A stretch of DNA of 42,532 nucleotides from Candidatus Rokuibacteriota bacterium. GTDB taxonomy: Bacteria > Methylomirabilota > Methylomirabilia > Rokubacteriales > DASRDR01. Shown here in pieces: positions 27,611-37,629 of the stretch. Position 1 is the stretch's first letter; each line of letters begins with the position of its first letter. Location: positions 1-42,532 of the forward strand of contig JBIOTN010000129.1 in assembly GCA_044866005.1 (NCBI GenBank), given 5' to 3'. Under the pieces are notes generated by a model that worked only from the letters and a program-made list of their open reading frames with translations, had not been told where the DNA came from and made no database searches. The position numbers were made by a program, and so were the translations under genes.

Positions 27611-29224
27611 ATGCGCTCGGTTCTCCGTGCCGGCATCGTCGGGAGGCTCGCGCTCGTCGGGCTCGTCACCTTCGCCTGGAGCCTGGCCGCCGGGCAGGCG
27701 CCCCGGGCCGGCGGACTCCTCCAGTTGCGGCAGCGCGAGGATTCGCCGCAGGGCTTCGCCATCCACGAGAGCTCGACCATCTCCACCGTGTGGCCGGCCA
27801 TGCCGTGCTTCAACAACCTCGTGCTCTTCGACCCGCTCCGGAAGACGGAAAGCGCCGAGACGATCGTCGGGGAGCTGGCCGAGAAGTGGGCGTGGCAGGA
27901 CAGCTACCGGGCCCTGGTCTTTTCCCTCCGCAAGGACGTCCGGTGGCACGACGGCAAGCCCTTCAGCTCGAAGGACGTCAAGGCCACCTTCGACATGCTG
28001 CGGGAGGCGCCGGAGGCGCCGGCCCGGCTCCGGATCAACCCGCGCAACGACTGGTACGCGAACGTCGAGGCGGTCGAGGCGGCGGACGCCCACACCGTGG
28101 TCTTCCGTCTCAAGCGCCCACAGCCCTCGCTGCTCCTCATGCTCGCCTCGGGCTACTCGCCCGTCTACGCGGCGCACGTGCCCGCGGCCAGCTACCGGAC
28201 GACGTGCGTGGGGACGGGACCGTTCAAGCTCAAGGAGTGGCGCAAGGGCGAGTTCGTGGAGTACGTCCGGAACCCGGACTACTTCGTCAAGGGCCGCCCG
28301 TATCTGGACGGCCTGCGGTACGTCGTCATCGCCGAGCGCGGCACGGCCACCGCCGCCCTCCAGACGGGGCGGATCGACGTCGCCTTCCCCGGCGAGACGA
28401 CGCGGGCGATGGCCGAGCAGCTCCGGAAGGCCGTGCCGCAGATGGTGATCACGCCCGCCAGCACGAACTTTGCCGACAACGTCGTGATGAACGTGAAGCG
28501 GCCGCCCTTCGACAACGTGAAGCTCCGGCTCGCCGTGAGCCACGCCATCGACCGCCGGGCCGGGATCGAGGCGATCTACCAGGGCGGCGCGGTGGTCGGG
28601 ACGTCGCTCCTGCCGCGGCCGTACGGCGTGTGGGGCCTTCCCGACGCCGACCTCGCACCGCTGCCGGGCTACGGGAAGCCCGCCGAGGAGAAGGCCCGGG
28701 CGCGGAAGCTCCTGGCGGAGGCGGGGTACGGCCCGCAGACCCCGCTCCGGGTCGAGATGCTGACGCGGGCGATCCCGGCGTACGTGGACCTGGCCTCGTT
28801 CGTGATCGGCGAGCTCCGCCAGGTGGGCATCGAGGCCACGCTCAAGCCGATCGAGTCGGCGCAGTGGGCGCCCATGATGACCCGCGGAGAGTACCAGATC
28901 GCGGCGAACCGCACGGGGACCGGCGTGGACGACCCGGACGCGACGTTCTACGAGAACTTCGGCTGCGGCTCGCCGCGCAACTACAGCCAGTTCTGCAGCG
29001 AGGAGGTCTCCAAGCTGTTCGACCAGCAGTCGCAGGAGCTGGACCCGGGGCGGCGGCTCGCGCTGGTCCACGCGATCCAGAAGAAGCTCGAGGACGAGGT
29101 GGCGCGGCCGACGCTCAGCTGGCGGGTCGATGCCTTCGCGTTCTGGCCGCACGTGCGGAACCTGGTCCCGCACCAGTCCATGTACAACTCGGGCCGCATG
29201 CAGGAGGTCTGGCTCGACCGGTAG
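27611..29224 (+). CDS. Peptide/nickel ABC substrate-binding protein (family 5)
   Basis: ELAEKW, LRKDVRWHDGKPFSSKDV, GTGPFKL and RNPDYFVKGRPYLD motifs; GAGGAGG RBS. Confidence 0.92.
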   Translation: MRSVLRAGIVGRLALVGLVTFAWSLAAGQAPRAGGLLQLRQREDSPQGFAIHESSTISTVWPAMPCFNNLVLFDPLRKTESAETIVGELAEKWAWQDSYRALVFSLRKDVRWHDGKPFSSKDVKATFDMLREAPEAPARLRINPRNDWYANVEAVEAADAHTVVFRLKRPQPSLLLMLASGYSPVYAAHVPAASYRTTCVGTGPFKLKEWRKGEFVEYVRNPDYFVKGRPYLDGLRYVVIAERGTATAALQTGRIDVAFPGETTRAMAEQLRKAVPQMVITPASTNFADNVVMNVKRPPFDNVKLRLAVSHAIDRRAGIEAIYQGGAVVGTSLLPRPYGVWGLPDADLAPLPGYGKPAEEKARARKLLAEAGYGPQTPLRVEMLTRAIPAYVDLASFVIGELRQVGIEATLKPIESAQWAPMMTRGEYQIAANRTGTGVDDPDATFYENFGCGSPRNYSQFCSEEVSKLFDQQSQELDPGRRLALVHAIQKKLEDEVARPTLSWRVDAFAFWPHVRNLVPHQSMYNSGRMQEVWLDR

Positions 29225-29232
29225 CGCAACCT

Positions 29233-29293
29233 CGGGGGGGGCCTCGGAAGGCCCCCCGATGCCCCCCGTCGTGGCGGCGGCAAAGCCGCCGCT
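29233..29293 (-). repeat. REP-like composite palindrome, copy 2
   Basis: Reverse complement reads GCGGCGGCTTTGCCGCCGC...GGCATC-G6-CCTTCCGAGG-C8-G; lies between convergent genes. Confidence 0.7.
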
Positions 29294-29368
29294 CGGACGC
29301 TTGGCGAGAGACCCGACGACTCTCTCGACCCTCGGGTTACGGCGACTGACGCCCGGCGGCGGGCGCTC

Positions 29369-30754
29369 TCACGGGCGCCCTTCGCCGGCGGCCGCCGGGT
29401 CGAGCCGCGCCCGGATCCTCGCCGCCGCCGCGACGGCGGTCTGGACGGCCGTCTCGGTGTACCAGGTGCCGAGGTAGTCCCCGGCCAGGTAGATCGGGTC
29501 GAGCGGCCGCGTCAGGGCGGGCTGGAGCCGGCTCCGCCCCGGGCGCGGGTACGGCAGGCCGCGCTCCCAGCGCTGGATCACCACCTCCTCGACGAGCCCG
29601 CGCGTCTCCGGGTAGAGGTCGTGCAGGTCCGCGAGGTAGCGGGCCGTGATGGCGGCGTCGTCGAGCGGCAGCAGCCGGCGCGCGAACCCCGCCCCCGCGT
29701 AGACCATCAGGCTCCCGCCCGGCTGTCGCGGCTCCCCCGGGGCCCGGAGGACGTTCGCCATGTTGAAGAGCATGTTGAACGACCGCTTGGGCGTCGCGAG
29801 CGCGTAGAGCCCGTCCCACGGCATCGCCGCGCGCTCGCGGGTCAGGATGCCGGCCACCACGTACGGGCCGTAGGGAATCGCGTCCAGCGCCTCGGCGGTC
29901 TCCTCCGGCAACCCCTCGACGATCGCGCGGGTCACGTAGGCGGGCGTGGCGACGACGGCGGCCCGCGCGAGCGCGTGGTGCTCGCGGCCCTCCGCCAGAT
30001 AGCGGACCCGCACGCCGTCGCCGTCGCGCGCGACGGCGGTGACGGTCGTGCGCAGGCGGAGCCGGCCGGCCAGGGGCGCCGCGAGCGCCTGGGTCAGCGT
30101 GCTGGAGCCACCGAGGATGTTGCGCGAGAGCCCTTCGTCGCGGTTCCACACCAGGTGGAAGTAGCCGACGCCGTAGCCGGCGGCGAGGTCTTCGGGGTCG
30201 CCGGACGAGCGGGTCAGGGTGGCGCGGAAGATGGCGTCCACGTCCGGGGGCAGCGGGCCCGCGAACGCGGTGAACGGCCGGTCGTCGAGGAAGGCGAGCA
30301 TCCGCGCCTGGCGGGCGGCCGGGTCCTCGCCGGGCCGCGGGGCGGCGACGGCGGCGTACCGCCGGACCGCCAGCCGCAGCTTCACGCCGGCCCGGACGAG
30401 CGCGAGGCGGGCCCCGAGCGCGAGCGGCAGCCGGAAGGGAAACGACTCGACCGGCCCCCGCGCGAGGATGCGCCCGTTCAGGGCGACGGCGGCGAGCTGT
30501 CCGGGCACCGGCACCGCCCGGACCCCCGCGGCGGCGATCAGGCGCCCGGCGGCCGAGTCCGGCGCGCTGAAGACGTGCGCCCCGAAGTTGAGCCAGAGCG
30601 CGCCGCGCGGCTCCGAGCGGAGTCGCCCGCCGACCCGGGCGCCGGCCTCGAGGACGAGGATGTCCCGGTCGGAGAGCTCCCACGCCGCCGCGAGCCCCGC
30701 GATGCCCGCGCCCACGACGACGGCGTCGTAGCGCCGGACGTGCTCCGGGGTCAC
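29369..30754 (-). CDS. FAD-dependent oxidoreductase (protoporphyrinogen oxidase/amine oxidase-like)
   Basis: VVVGAGIAGLAAA, LEAGARVGGR, GAHVF and YLAGDY motifs; GTG 30754 overlaps the upstream stop. Confidence 0.85.
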   Translation of the reverse strand: MTPEHVRRYDAVVVGAGIAGLAAAWELSDRDILVLEAGARVGGRLRSEPRGALWLNFGAHVFSAPDSAAGRLIAAAGVRAVPVPGQLAAVALNGRILARGPVESFPFRLPLALGARLALVRAGVKLRLAVRRYAAVAAPRPGEDPAARQARMLAFLDDRPFTAFAGPLPPDVDAIFRATLTRSSGDPEDLAAGYGVGYFHLVWNRDEGLSRNILGGSSTLTQALAAPLAGRLRLRTTVTAVARDGDGVRVRYLAEGREHHALARAAVVATPAYVTRAIVEGLPEETAEALDAIPYGPYVVAGILTRERAAMPWDGLYALATPKRSFNMLFNMANVLRAPGEPRQPGGSLMVYAGAGFARRLLPLDDAAITARYLADLHDLYPETRGLVEEVVIQRWERGLPYPRPGRSRLQPALTRPLDPIYLAGDYLGTWYTETAVQTAVAAAARIRARLDPAAAGEGRP

Positions 30755-31311
30755 CGGCCGCCTTCGACCGCCCAGAAATCCGCGTAGCGCGTGACGAAGC
30801 CCGCCTCGTCGACCTGGAGCTCGGTGGCGAACCGCCCGCCGCCGCTCTCGTATCGATAGGTCGCGACGTCCACGCGGCGGTACCGCTGCTCGAGCGGCTC
30901 GAGGGTGAAGCTCGGAAAGCGCAGCCAGGCCGCCCGCAGCGCGGCCTCGGCGCCGACGGCCAGCCCCAGCCGGCGAATCGGCAGCAGGTTGGTGGACGGG
31001 CTGAAGTTGAGGTCCAGGTCGAGGCAGCCCGCCACGGCGGGACAGTCGGCGCCGTTGAGCCGCCAGGATCGCCCGGCGCCGACGGCGAGGTCGATCTCGA
31101 CCGTCCGCTCGCCGATCCAGCCGGCCACCGTGCCCGACAGGGTCTGCCACGCCGAATCGCAGACCACCTGGTAGTCGAGCCGGCACGGCTCGCCCTCGTG
31201 CGCGAACACCGCCGTTCCGATCAGCCGCCAGCCGTCATGGCGGGAGACCAGTCGCGCGGCCTCGTGGCCCGGCCCATCGAGGCGACGCCAGAGGATCGAG
31301 CGGTGTTTCAA
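30751..31311 (-). CDS. Putative glycolipid-binding domain protein (DUF1089-like)
   Basis: ILWRRLDGPGHE, CLDLDLNFSPSTNLLPIRRL, LEQRYRR and VDEAGFVTRY motifs; TTG start. Confidence 0.85.
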   Translation of the reverse strand: MKHRSILWRRLDGPGHEAARLVSRHDGWRLIGTAVFAHEGEPCRLDYQVVCDSAWQTLSGTVAGWIGERTVEIDLAVGAGRSWRLNGADCPAVAGCLDLDLNFSPSTNLLPIRRLGLAVGAEAALRAAWLRFPSFTLEPLEQRYRRVDVATYRYESGGGRFATELQVDEAGFVTRYADFWAVEGGR

Positions 31312-31527
31312 TGCCGGTCCCTCTCTCTCGTCGAGCAGGGCTCGCGGGGCGAGTGTACGCCCGCCCGACCCAGGACGTGAAGCGCCGAAAACCCGAGGTC
31401 GCCGGAGAGCGCCGCGGACCCCTTGCCGGGCCCGCGCATTCTCTTTATCATCGCGCTCGGCCGTGATGGCCGATCCGGTGGCGAGGTGACCCGAGCGGTG
31501 TCCGCGAGCTCCAGCGGAGCGCAAGCG

Positions 31528-32547
31528 ATGGAGATCGGACTCTTCACGGAGTTCCAGTGCCCGGCGGGGATGAGCGAGGCGACCGCGTTCGAGGAGTCGA
31601 TGGCCCAGATGCGGGCCGCGGAGGAGGTCGGCTTCGACGCGGTGTGGCTGGGCGAGCTCCACTTCCAGAAGGACCGGTCCGTCCTGGCCTCGCCGCTCGT
31701 CGTGGCGGCCGCCATCGCCGCGTGTACCCGGCGGGTCAAGATCGGCATCGCCGTCCAGGTGCTCCCCTTGAGCCATCCCCTGCGCCTCGCCGAGGACGTC
31801 GCGACCGTCGACCACCTCTCGCGGGGCCGGCTCGACTTCGGCGTCGGCCGCAGCGGCCTGCCCGGCCACTACCAGGGATTCAACATCCCCTACGGCGAGA
31901 GCCGCGACCGCTTCTTCGAGACCCTCGACATCCTCGTGAAGGCGTGGACGCAGCAGCGGTTCTCCCACGACGGCCGGTACTACCAGTTCCGCGACGTGTG
32001 CGTGACGCCGAAGCCCTATCAGAAGCCGCACCCGCCTCTCCGCGTCGCCGCGACGACGCAGGAGACCTACCCCATCGTGGGCCGCCTCGGCTATCCCGTG
32101 TTCGTGGCGGTGCGGACGAACTCGATCGCCGACCTCAAGCGCATGATCGGCGGCTACCACGAGGCGTGGCAGGCGGCGGGGCACCCCGGGCGCGGGCCCG
32201 TCGCCCTGCTGGTCCCCGTGTACGTGGCGGAGACGGCGCGGCAAGCCCGCGAGGAGCCCGAGGCGAGCACCATGCACTGGTTCCGCTCCATCGCCGCGGC
32301 GCTGAGGCAGTCGCCGACCCAGCAGGCGCAGGCCGCGCGGCTGGCCGCGGTCACCTACGACGAGATCCTCGCCGAGCAGACGGTCTACGGGACGCCGGAC
32401 CGGGTGGCGGAGCGGCTCTCCGCGCTGCGTGAGGAGCTCGGGTTCTCGAGCCTGTCGGCGTGGATGAACGTGGGGGGCCAGATCCCCCACGAGCGGGTGC
32501 TCGCCTCGATGCGCCTGTTCGCGGAGCGCGTGGCCCCGCGCCTTTGA
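31528..32547 (+). CDS. LLM class (luciferase-like) flavin-dependent oxidoreductase
   Basis: AEEVGFDAVWLGELHF, HPLRLAEDVATVDHLSRGRLDFGVGR and PKPYQKPHPP motifs. Confidence 0.93.
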   Translation: MEIGLFTEFQCPAGMSEATAFEESMAQMRAAEEVGFDAVWLGELHFQKDRSVLASPLVVAAAIAACTRRVKIGIAVQVLPLSHPLRLAEDVATVDHLSRGRLDFGVGRSGLPGHYQGFNIPYGESRDRFFETLDILVKAWTQQRFSHDGRYYQFRDVCVTPKPYQKPHPPLRVAATTQETYPIVGRLGYPVFVAVRTNSIADLKRMIGGYHEAWQAAGHPGRGPVALLVPVYVAETARQAREEPEASTMHWFRSIAAALRQSPTQQAQAARLAAVTYDEILAEQTVYGTPDRVAERLSALREELGFSSLSAWMNVGGQIPHERVLASMRLFAERVAPRL

Positions 32548-32549
32548 TT

Positions 32550-32576
32550 CATCGGGGGGGCTTCCGAGCCCCCCCG
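32550..32576 (+). repeat. REP-like palindrome, copy 3 (could also act as a bidirectional terminator)
   Basis: CATC-G7-CTTCCGAG-C7-G fills the gap between the convergent stops at 32547 and 32580. Confidence 0.7.
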
Positions 32577-32579
32577 GAT

Positions 32580-33452
32580 TCAGAAGATGCCCGGCATGAA
32601 CGGGTCCCGCCCGCGCTGGTACGTGGGCTGCCGCTGGGCGGGATTGCGGTTGACCAGGGGACGGAGGTAGAGCGGGCTCCGCAGGCTCCGGACCTCGTGC
32701 TGGACCGTGAAGAGCACCCGGCCCGAGTCGGGATCCACGAGGTCCTCGAACCGGTACTGGTACCAGTTGCTCTCCTCGGTGACGAGCCCGCGCTCCGCGA
32801 GCCAGCGATGCGGGCCCGAGAAGTTCGCGATGTAGACCTGGATGTGGTGGCCGTCGTAGGGCGGGATCGGACCGGCGCTCTCCCGGAAGACCAGCTCCTG
32901 GTGGGGGCCCGCGGTCACCCGCGCCGCCGCGCCGCCGCCGTTCCGGACCACCGCCGCGGGCGCGCCGAAGGCGGCCCGGTAGAACCGCGCGATCCCGTCC
33001 GCCGCGCCCGGCTCGACCGTGAACTCCACGTAGGGCATGCCGAGCGTCAGGTCGCCGAAGGCGGGACCCGGCGCGTGGCAGCGGATCACGTTGCCCCACG
33101 GCGACACGACGCGGAGGTGCTTCTCCTCCACCGCGTAGTCGAAGCCGGTCCCCGCCAGCCTGGGCGCGACCGCGGCCAGGCGCCGGGGCAGCTCGTCGAA
33201 GTCGGGGATGACGAGGCCCACGTGGCCGCGGAGCACCTGGGGCTTGCCCGTGGGCAGGTGGAACTGCTGCTGCCCGACGTTGATCCACATGTTCTCGAGG
33301 CCGGTCATGAGATAAGGGTCGCGCGTCAGCCCGAGGCCCACGACGTAGAAGAGCGTGGCGAGCTGCTGGTCGGGGATCTTCACGTTGACGTGCTCCAGGG
33401 CCACGATGTTCCCCACGTCCTGGGTCGTCCGGTCGTAGGTCTCTCCCGCCAT
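32580..33452 (-). CDS. VOC/glyoxalase-like two-domain protein of unknown function
   Basis: LEHVNV...FYVVGLGLTRDP...QFHLP...YDGHHIQVY; GGAGG RBS before ATG 33452. Confidence 0.7.
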   Translation of the reverse strand: MAGETYDRTTQDVGNIVALEHVNVKIPDQQLATLFYVVGLGLTRDPYLMTGLENMWINVGQQQFHLPTGKPQVLRGHVGLVIPDFDELPRRLAAVAPRLAGTGFDYAVEEKHLRVVSPWGNVIRCHAPGPAFGDLTLGMPYVEFTVEPGAADGIARFYRAAFGAPAAVVRNGGGAAARVTAGPHQELVFRESAGPIPPYDGHHIQVYIANFSGPHRWLAERGLVTEESNWYQYRFEDLVDPDSGRVLFTVQHEVRSLRSPLYLRPLVNRNPAQRQPTYQRGRDPFMPGIF

Positions 33453-33721
33453 GACGCGCCTCCTGGCTCGGGCTTGCGGCCGCGCCCTCAGCTTAGCGCC
33501 GTTCCCCCGACGCCGACAACGACTCCGTGCGGGGCCCTGTCGTGAGCCCGGCCCCGGCCGGGTCGCGCCTTGCCGCCTGGCGACCCGCGTGGGAGGATAC
33601 CCCGCGACCGCCGGGCAGCCGATCGGCGCGAGACCGCGCACGATGCGTCGGCGGGAGCCCGCGCGGGGGGACGACATCCTTCGAGCCCGGGGCGCGATGG
33701 GACGACGGAGGGACGGGGACG

Positions 33722-35131
33722 ATGACCGACAGACGACAGTCGCTGGCGACGGCGCGGCTCCACCGGCGCGACGTCCTCGCGGGAACGGCGCTCGGCGTCG
33801 GCAGCGCGCTCGGGCTGACGGCGTGCGCGGGCGCCGGGGGGCGGACGTCCTCGCCGGCGCCGCGCGGCCCGGGGGCGGGCGAGGCGGAGGCCCCCGGGTT
33901 CCATCTCTTCTCCCAGCCCGACCTCGACTTCGAGGCCGCGTTCGCGCTGGGCGCCGCGGCGTACGGCGCCGCGGAGGCGGGCGAGGTGCTCGCGACGGTC
34001 GACCGGATCAACGCGGCCGGGGCGTCCTACCAGACCTTCGTGGACGGCTTCCGGGCCCTCGCCCGGCGGGTGGCGTCGCGCGCCGACGCGGCGGCGAGGG
34101 CGGGCCATCCGGTCAGCGCGCGGGCGGCGTCGCTGCGGGCGGCCCAGTATCACAAGCAGGCGCTCTACTTCGTCCTGGGCACGAGCCGCCCGGGCGACGA
34201 GGAGGCCGTCTACCGCGCCATGCAGCGCGAGTGGGACCGCGCGGCGGGCGCCTTTCGGCCCCCGCTCGAGCGGGTCGCCATCCCCTACGAGGGGACGACC
34301 CTGCCCGGTTATTTCCTGAGGCCCGACGCCTCCGGCGCGCGCCGGCGGACGATCATCCTCAACAACGGCAGCGACGGCCAGAACGTGGACCTGTGGACCT
34401 ACGGCGGCGCCGCGGCCCTCGAGCGCGGCTACAACGCCCTCATCTTCGAAGGCCCCGGCCAGGGCGCGATGCTGTTCGAGCGGCAGGTCCCGTTCCGCCC
34501 GGACTGGGAGCGCGTCGTGACGCCGGTCGTCGACTTCCTGGTCGGCCGGCCCGACGTGGACCCGCGACGGATCGGCATCATCGGCTGGAGCATGTGCGGG
34601 GCGCTGGTGGCGCGGGCGGCGGCCTTCGAGCCGCGGCTCGGCGCGGTCTGTCTCGATCCCGGCCTCGCCGACATCTGGACGTCCTGGCCCGAGCCCCTCC
34701 GGCAGATCGCGGCCGCGGGCGGCCGGGAGGAGGTCAACCAGCTCTGGCGGCGCCGGATCCTCACCGGCATGACGCCGGTCCAGCAGTTCACGCTCATGAA
34801 GCGAATCGAGATCTTCGGCAAGCCGTTCCAGGACCGCGCCCGCGAGGGCCGGGTGACCGAGGACTTCCACGCCGTCGCGCAGGCGATCGCGCGGTTCCGC
34901 TACGCCGACGACCTTCCCCGGATCACCGCGCCGGTGCTGGTGACGCGCTACGAGCAGGAGCGGCTGGGGCCGCCCCAGGCGGCCCAGGAGACGTACGATC
35001 GGCTCCGCTCGCCCCGGACGCTCGTCACGTTCTCGGCCGAGGACGGGGCCGGCTTGCACGACGCGCCGCTCGCCCCGCGGCGGCGCAACGAGGTGATCTT
35101 CGACTGGTTCGACGACACCCTCGGCCGCTGA
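33722..35131 (+). CDS. Alpha/beta hydrolase (S9/FrsA-like), probable Tat-exported lipoprotein
   Basis: HRRDVL twin-arginine motif, LTAC lipobox, NNGSDG, FEGPGQG, GWSMCG nucleophile and GAGLHDAP motifs. Confidence 0.85.
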   Translation: MTDRRQSLATARLHRRDVLAGTALGVGSALGLTACAGAGGRTSSPAPRGPGAGEAEAPGFHLFSQPDLDFEAAFALGAAAYGAAEAGEVLATVDRINAAGASYQTFVDGFRALARRVASRADAAARAGHPVSARAASLRAAQYHKQALYFVLGTSRPGDEEAVYRAMQREWDRAAGAFRPPLERVAIPYEGTTLPGYFLRPDASGARRRTIILNNGSDGQNVDLWTYGGAAALERGYNALIFEGPGQGAMLFERQVPFRPDWERVVTPVVDFLVGRPDVDPRRIGIIGWSMCGALVARAAAFEPRLGAVCLDPGLADIWTSWPEPLRQIAAAGGREEVNQLWRRRILTGMTPVQQFTLMKRIEIFGKPFQDRAREGRVTEDFHAVAQAIARFRYADDLPRITAPVLVTRYEQERLGPPQAAQETYDRLRSPRTLVTFSAEDGAGLHDAPLAPRRRNEVIFDWFDDTLGR

Positions 35132-35153
35132 ACGGCCGCGCGGGAGCCGCGCC

Positions 35154-35915
35154 TCACCGGCCGCCGGCGGACTGGGTCAGGTGGGCGATCACCTCGCGCT
35201 GGTGGTCGAGGAACTCGACCCGGAGCGGGTCCCGGAGCCGCGGCAGCGTGATTTTGAGCTCGGTCTTCACGGTCCCCGGGTGGGGGGTGAGGACGACGAT
35301 CCGGTCGGCGAGGTACACGGCCTCCGCCACGTTGTGGGTGACGTAGACGACGGTCTTCCGCGTCGCCTGCCACACCTCCACCAGCAGCCGCTGCATCTCC
35401 TCCCGGGTCATCGCGTCGAGCGCGGCGAAGGGCTCGTCCATGAGGAGCACGGCGGGGTTGTAGGCCAGCGCCCGGGCGATGGCGACCCGCTGCTGCATGC
35501 CGCCCGAGAGCTGGTGGGGGTAGGCGCCGGCGAAGGCCTCGAGCTTCACCAGGCCGAGGTAGCGCCGGGCGATCTCCCGCCGTTCGGCCGCGGGGACCTG
35601 CCGCATCTCGAGGCCGAACTCGACGTTCCGCTGGGCGGTCCGCCAGGGGAAGAGCTGGGCGAAGTCCTGGAAGACGACCCCGCGATCGCCGCCCTTCCCG
35701 CTCACGGGCTGGCCCCCGAGGCGGATCTCGCCCCGGCTCGGCGCGAGGAACCCCGCCAGGAGGTTCAGCAAGGTCGTCTTGCCGCACCCCGACTGGCCGA
35801 GCACGCAGACGAACTCCGAGGCGCCGACCGTGAAGCTCACGTCGCGGAGCGCCGTGACGCGGCCGTTGCCGGCGTCGTACTCGTGGGTGACGCCGCGGAC
35901 CTCGATCTGGCTCAC
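35154..35915 (-). CDS. ABC transporter ATP-binding protein (SsuB/TauB-like)
   Basis: GQSGCGKTT, LSGGMQQR and LLMDEPFAALD motifs. Confidence 0.95.
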   Translation of the reverse strand: MSQIEVRGVTHEYDAGNGRVTALRDVSFTVGASEFVCVLGQSGCGKTTLLNLLAGFLAPSRGEIRLGGQPVSGKGGDRGVVFQDFAQLFPWRTAQRNVEFGLEMRQVPAAERREIARRYLGLVKLEAFAGAYPHQLSGGMQQRVAIARALAYNPAVLLMDEPFAALDAMTREEMQRLLVEVWQATRKTVVYVTHNVAEAVYLADRIVVLTPHPGTVKTELKITLPRLRDPLRVEFLDHQREVIAHLTQSAGGR

Positions 35916-35931
35916 GCCGTCGTGGCCGCCC

Positions 35932-36729
35932 TCACGCCTTCACGGTCCGAAGCATGCCCCAGCGCGCCACCGTGCGCGCCTCGAGCGGCTGGAAGACCAC
36001 GCGCTCGAAGAGGAGGCCGAGCCCGCCGATCACGACGAGGACGCCGAGCATGACGTCGGTGTTGAGGAACTCCTTGGCGTCGAAGATGACCCAGCCGAGC
36101 CCCCAGGCGCTCGCGGCGATCATCTCGCCGCCCACGACCGCGATCCACGAGCGCGCGAAGCCCTGGCGGAGCCCCGTGATCACGAACGGCAGCGAGCCCG
36201 GCAGGACGACCTTGCGGAAGAGCATGCGCTGGTCGGCCCCCATGGCCGAGGCCGCGCGGAGCCAGAGGCGGTTGACGGACCGGACGCCGGTCCAGGTGTT
36301 GTACATCATCGGGAAGGTGGCGGCGTAGAAGACGAGCATGATGGTCGCCGTGTTCCCGAGCCCGAACCAGAGGATGAAGACGGGCACCCAGGCAAGCGAG
36401 GGGATCGGCATCAGCACGCTGAGGATCGGGAGGAAGAACCGCTCGGCCGGCCGCCACCGCCCCATCAGCATCCCGAGCGGGATGCCGCAGAGCGCCGCGA
36501 GGGCCAGCCCCGAGGAGACCCGGTAGAGGGTGAAGAGCACGTGGCCGAAGAGCGAGCCGTCGAGGACCATCCGCGCGAGCCCGCCCACGATCGTCTCGAC
36601 GGTGGGCGTGAGCGCCGGGGCGAAGAGCCGGCTCCGGGCGAAGGCTTCCCAGGCCACGCCGAGGACGACGACGCCGAGGCCCCCCCGGGCGAGGCGCCGC
36701 CACGGTCCCGCCCCTGCCAGCCGGCTCAC
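35932..36729 (-). CDS. ABC transporter permease (SsuC/TauC-like)
   Basis: PIPSLAWVP, WFGLG, AASAMGA and VVLPGSLP motifs; GTG 36729 overlaps the upstream stop. Confidence 0.92.
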   Translation of the reverse strand: MSRLAGAGPWRRLARGGLGVVVLGVAWEAFARSRLFAPALTPTVETIVGGLARMVLDGSLFGHVLFTLYRVSSGLALAALCGIPLGMLMGRWRPAERFFLPILSVLMPIPSLAWVPVFILWFGLGNTATIMLVFYAATFPMMYNTWTGVRSVNRLWLRAASAMGADQRMLFRKVVLPGSLPFVITGLRQGFARSWIAVVGGEMIAASAWGLGWVIFDAKEFLNTDVMLGVLVVIGGLGLLFERVVFQPLEARTVARWGMLRTVKA

Positions 36730-37577
36730 GCCTCGAGCATCCCCCACCGCACCACCGTGAAGCGCTCGAGCCGCTCGAAGACGAGGCGCTCCAGGGCGAC
36801 GCCGATCAGCCCGATCACCGCGATCCCCGCCAGCATGACGTCGGTGTTGAGGAACTCCCGGGCGCCGAAGATGAGCCAGCCGAGCCCCCGCGGCACGGAG
36901 GTGAGCATCTCGGCCGCCACGAGCACGCGCCAGGCCCGCGCCAGCGCGAGCCGCAGCCCGATCAGGACGTAGGGCAAGGCCCCGGGCAGGATCACCGTGC
37001 GGAAGAGCTGGTGCTCCCGCGCCCCCATCGCCTCGGCCGCGCGGATCCAGATCTCCTTCACCGCCTTCACGCCGGTCCAGGTGTTGACCGCGGCCGGAAA
37101 GGCGGCCGCCACGCCGACCAGGAGCACGGCGGGCAGGTTGCCCAGGCCGAACCAGAGGATGAAGAGCGGCGCGTAGGCGAGGCCGGGGATGGGGCTCCCG
37201 ATGCTGACGAGCGGCAGCAGGAGCTCCTCCGCCCAGCGGTACCGGCCCATGGCGATCCCGACCGCCACCCCGAGGACGGCGGCCAGCGCGAAGCCGAGGA
37301 CCAGGCGCACGATCGTCCCCTGGGCATGCGCCACGAGGATGCCCGAGACCAGCAGGCTCCAGAACGTCCGGGCCACCGTCCCGAGGCTGGGAAAGAGCTT
37401 CGGGGGCAGCGGGCCCAGCCGGGCGAAGAGCTCCCAGGCCACCCCGAGGACGGCGAACGGCAGGAGGAACTCGCCCGCGGCCCGCAGGCGCTCGGTCCCG
37501 GTCCGCTCGCGTGGCGCCCTTCTCTCCCTCTCCCCGCCCGGAGGAGAGGGCAGGGCGAGGCGGATCACCCCCCTCAC
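36726..37577 (-). CDS. ABC transporter permease (SsuC/TauC-like), second paralog
   Basis: PIPGLAYAP, AAEAMGA, VILPGALP and GLGWLIFGAREFLNTDVML motifs. Confidence 0.92.
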   Translation of the reverse strand: MRGVIRLALPSPPGGERERRAPRERTGTERLRAAGEFLLPFAVLGVAWELFARLGPLPPKLFPSLGTVARTFWSLLVSGILVAHAQGTIVRLVLGFALAAVLGVAVGIAMGRYRWAEELLLPLVSIGSPIPGLAYAPLFILWFGLGNLPAVLLVGVAAAFPAAVNTWTGVKAVKEIWIRAAEAMGAREHQLFRTVILPGALPYVLIGLRLALARAWRVLVAAEMLTSVPRGLGWLIFGAREFLNTDVMLAGIAVIGLIGVALERLVFERLERFTVVRWGMLEA

Positions 37578-37611
37578 GCCGACCCTCTCCCTCCGGCAGG
37601 AGGGAGAGGGA
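37526..37611. repeat. Two CCCTCTCCC...GGGAGAGGG-type palindromes
   Basis: CCCTCTCCCCGCCCGGAGGAGAGGG and CCCTCACGCCGACCCTCTCCCTCCGGCAGGAGGGAGAGGG, resembling a widespread REP-like repeat type. Confidence 0.7.
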
Positions 37612-37629
37612 GGCGGATGATCCCGCGAC

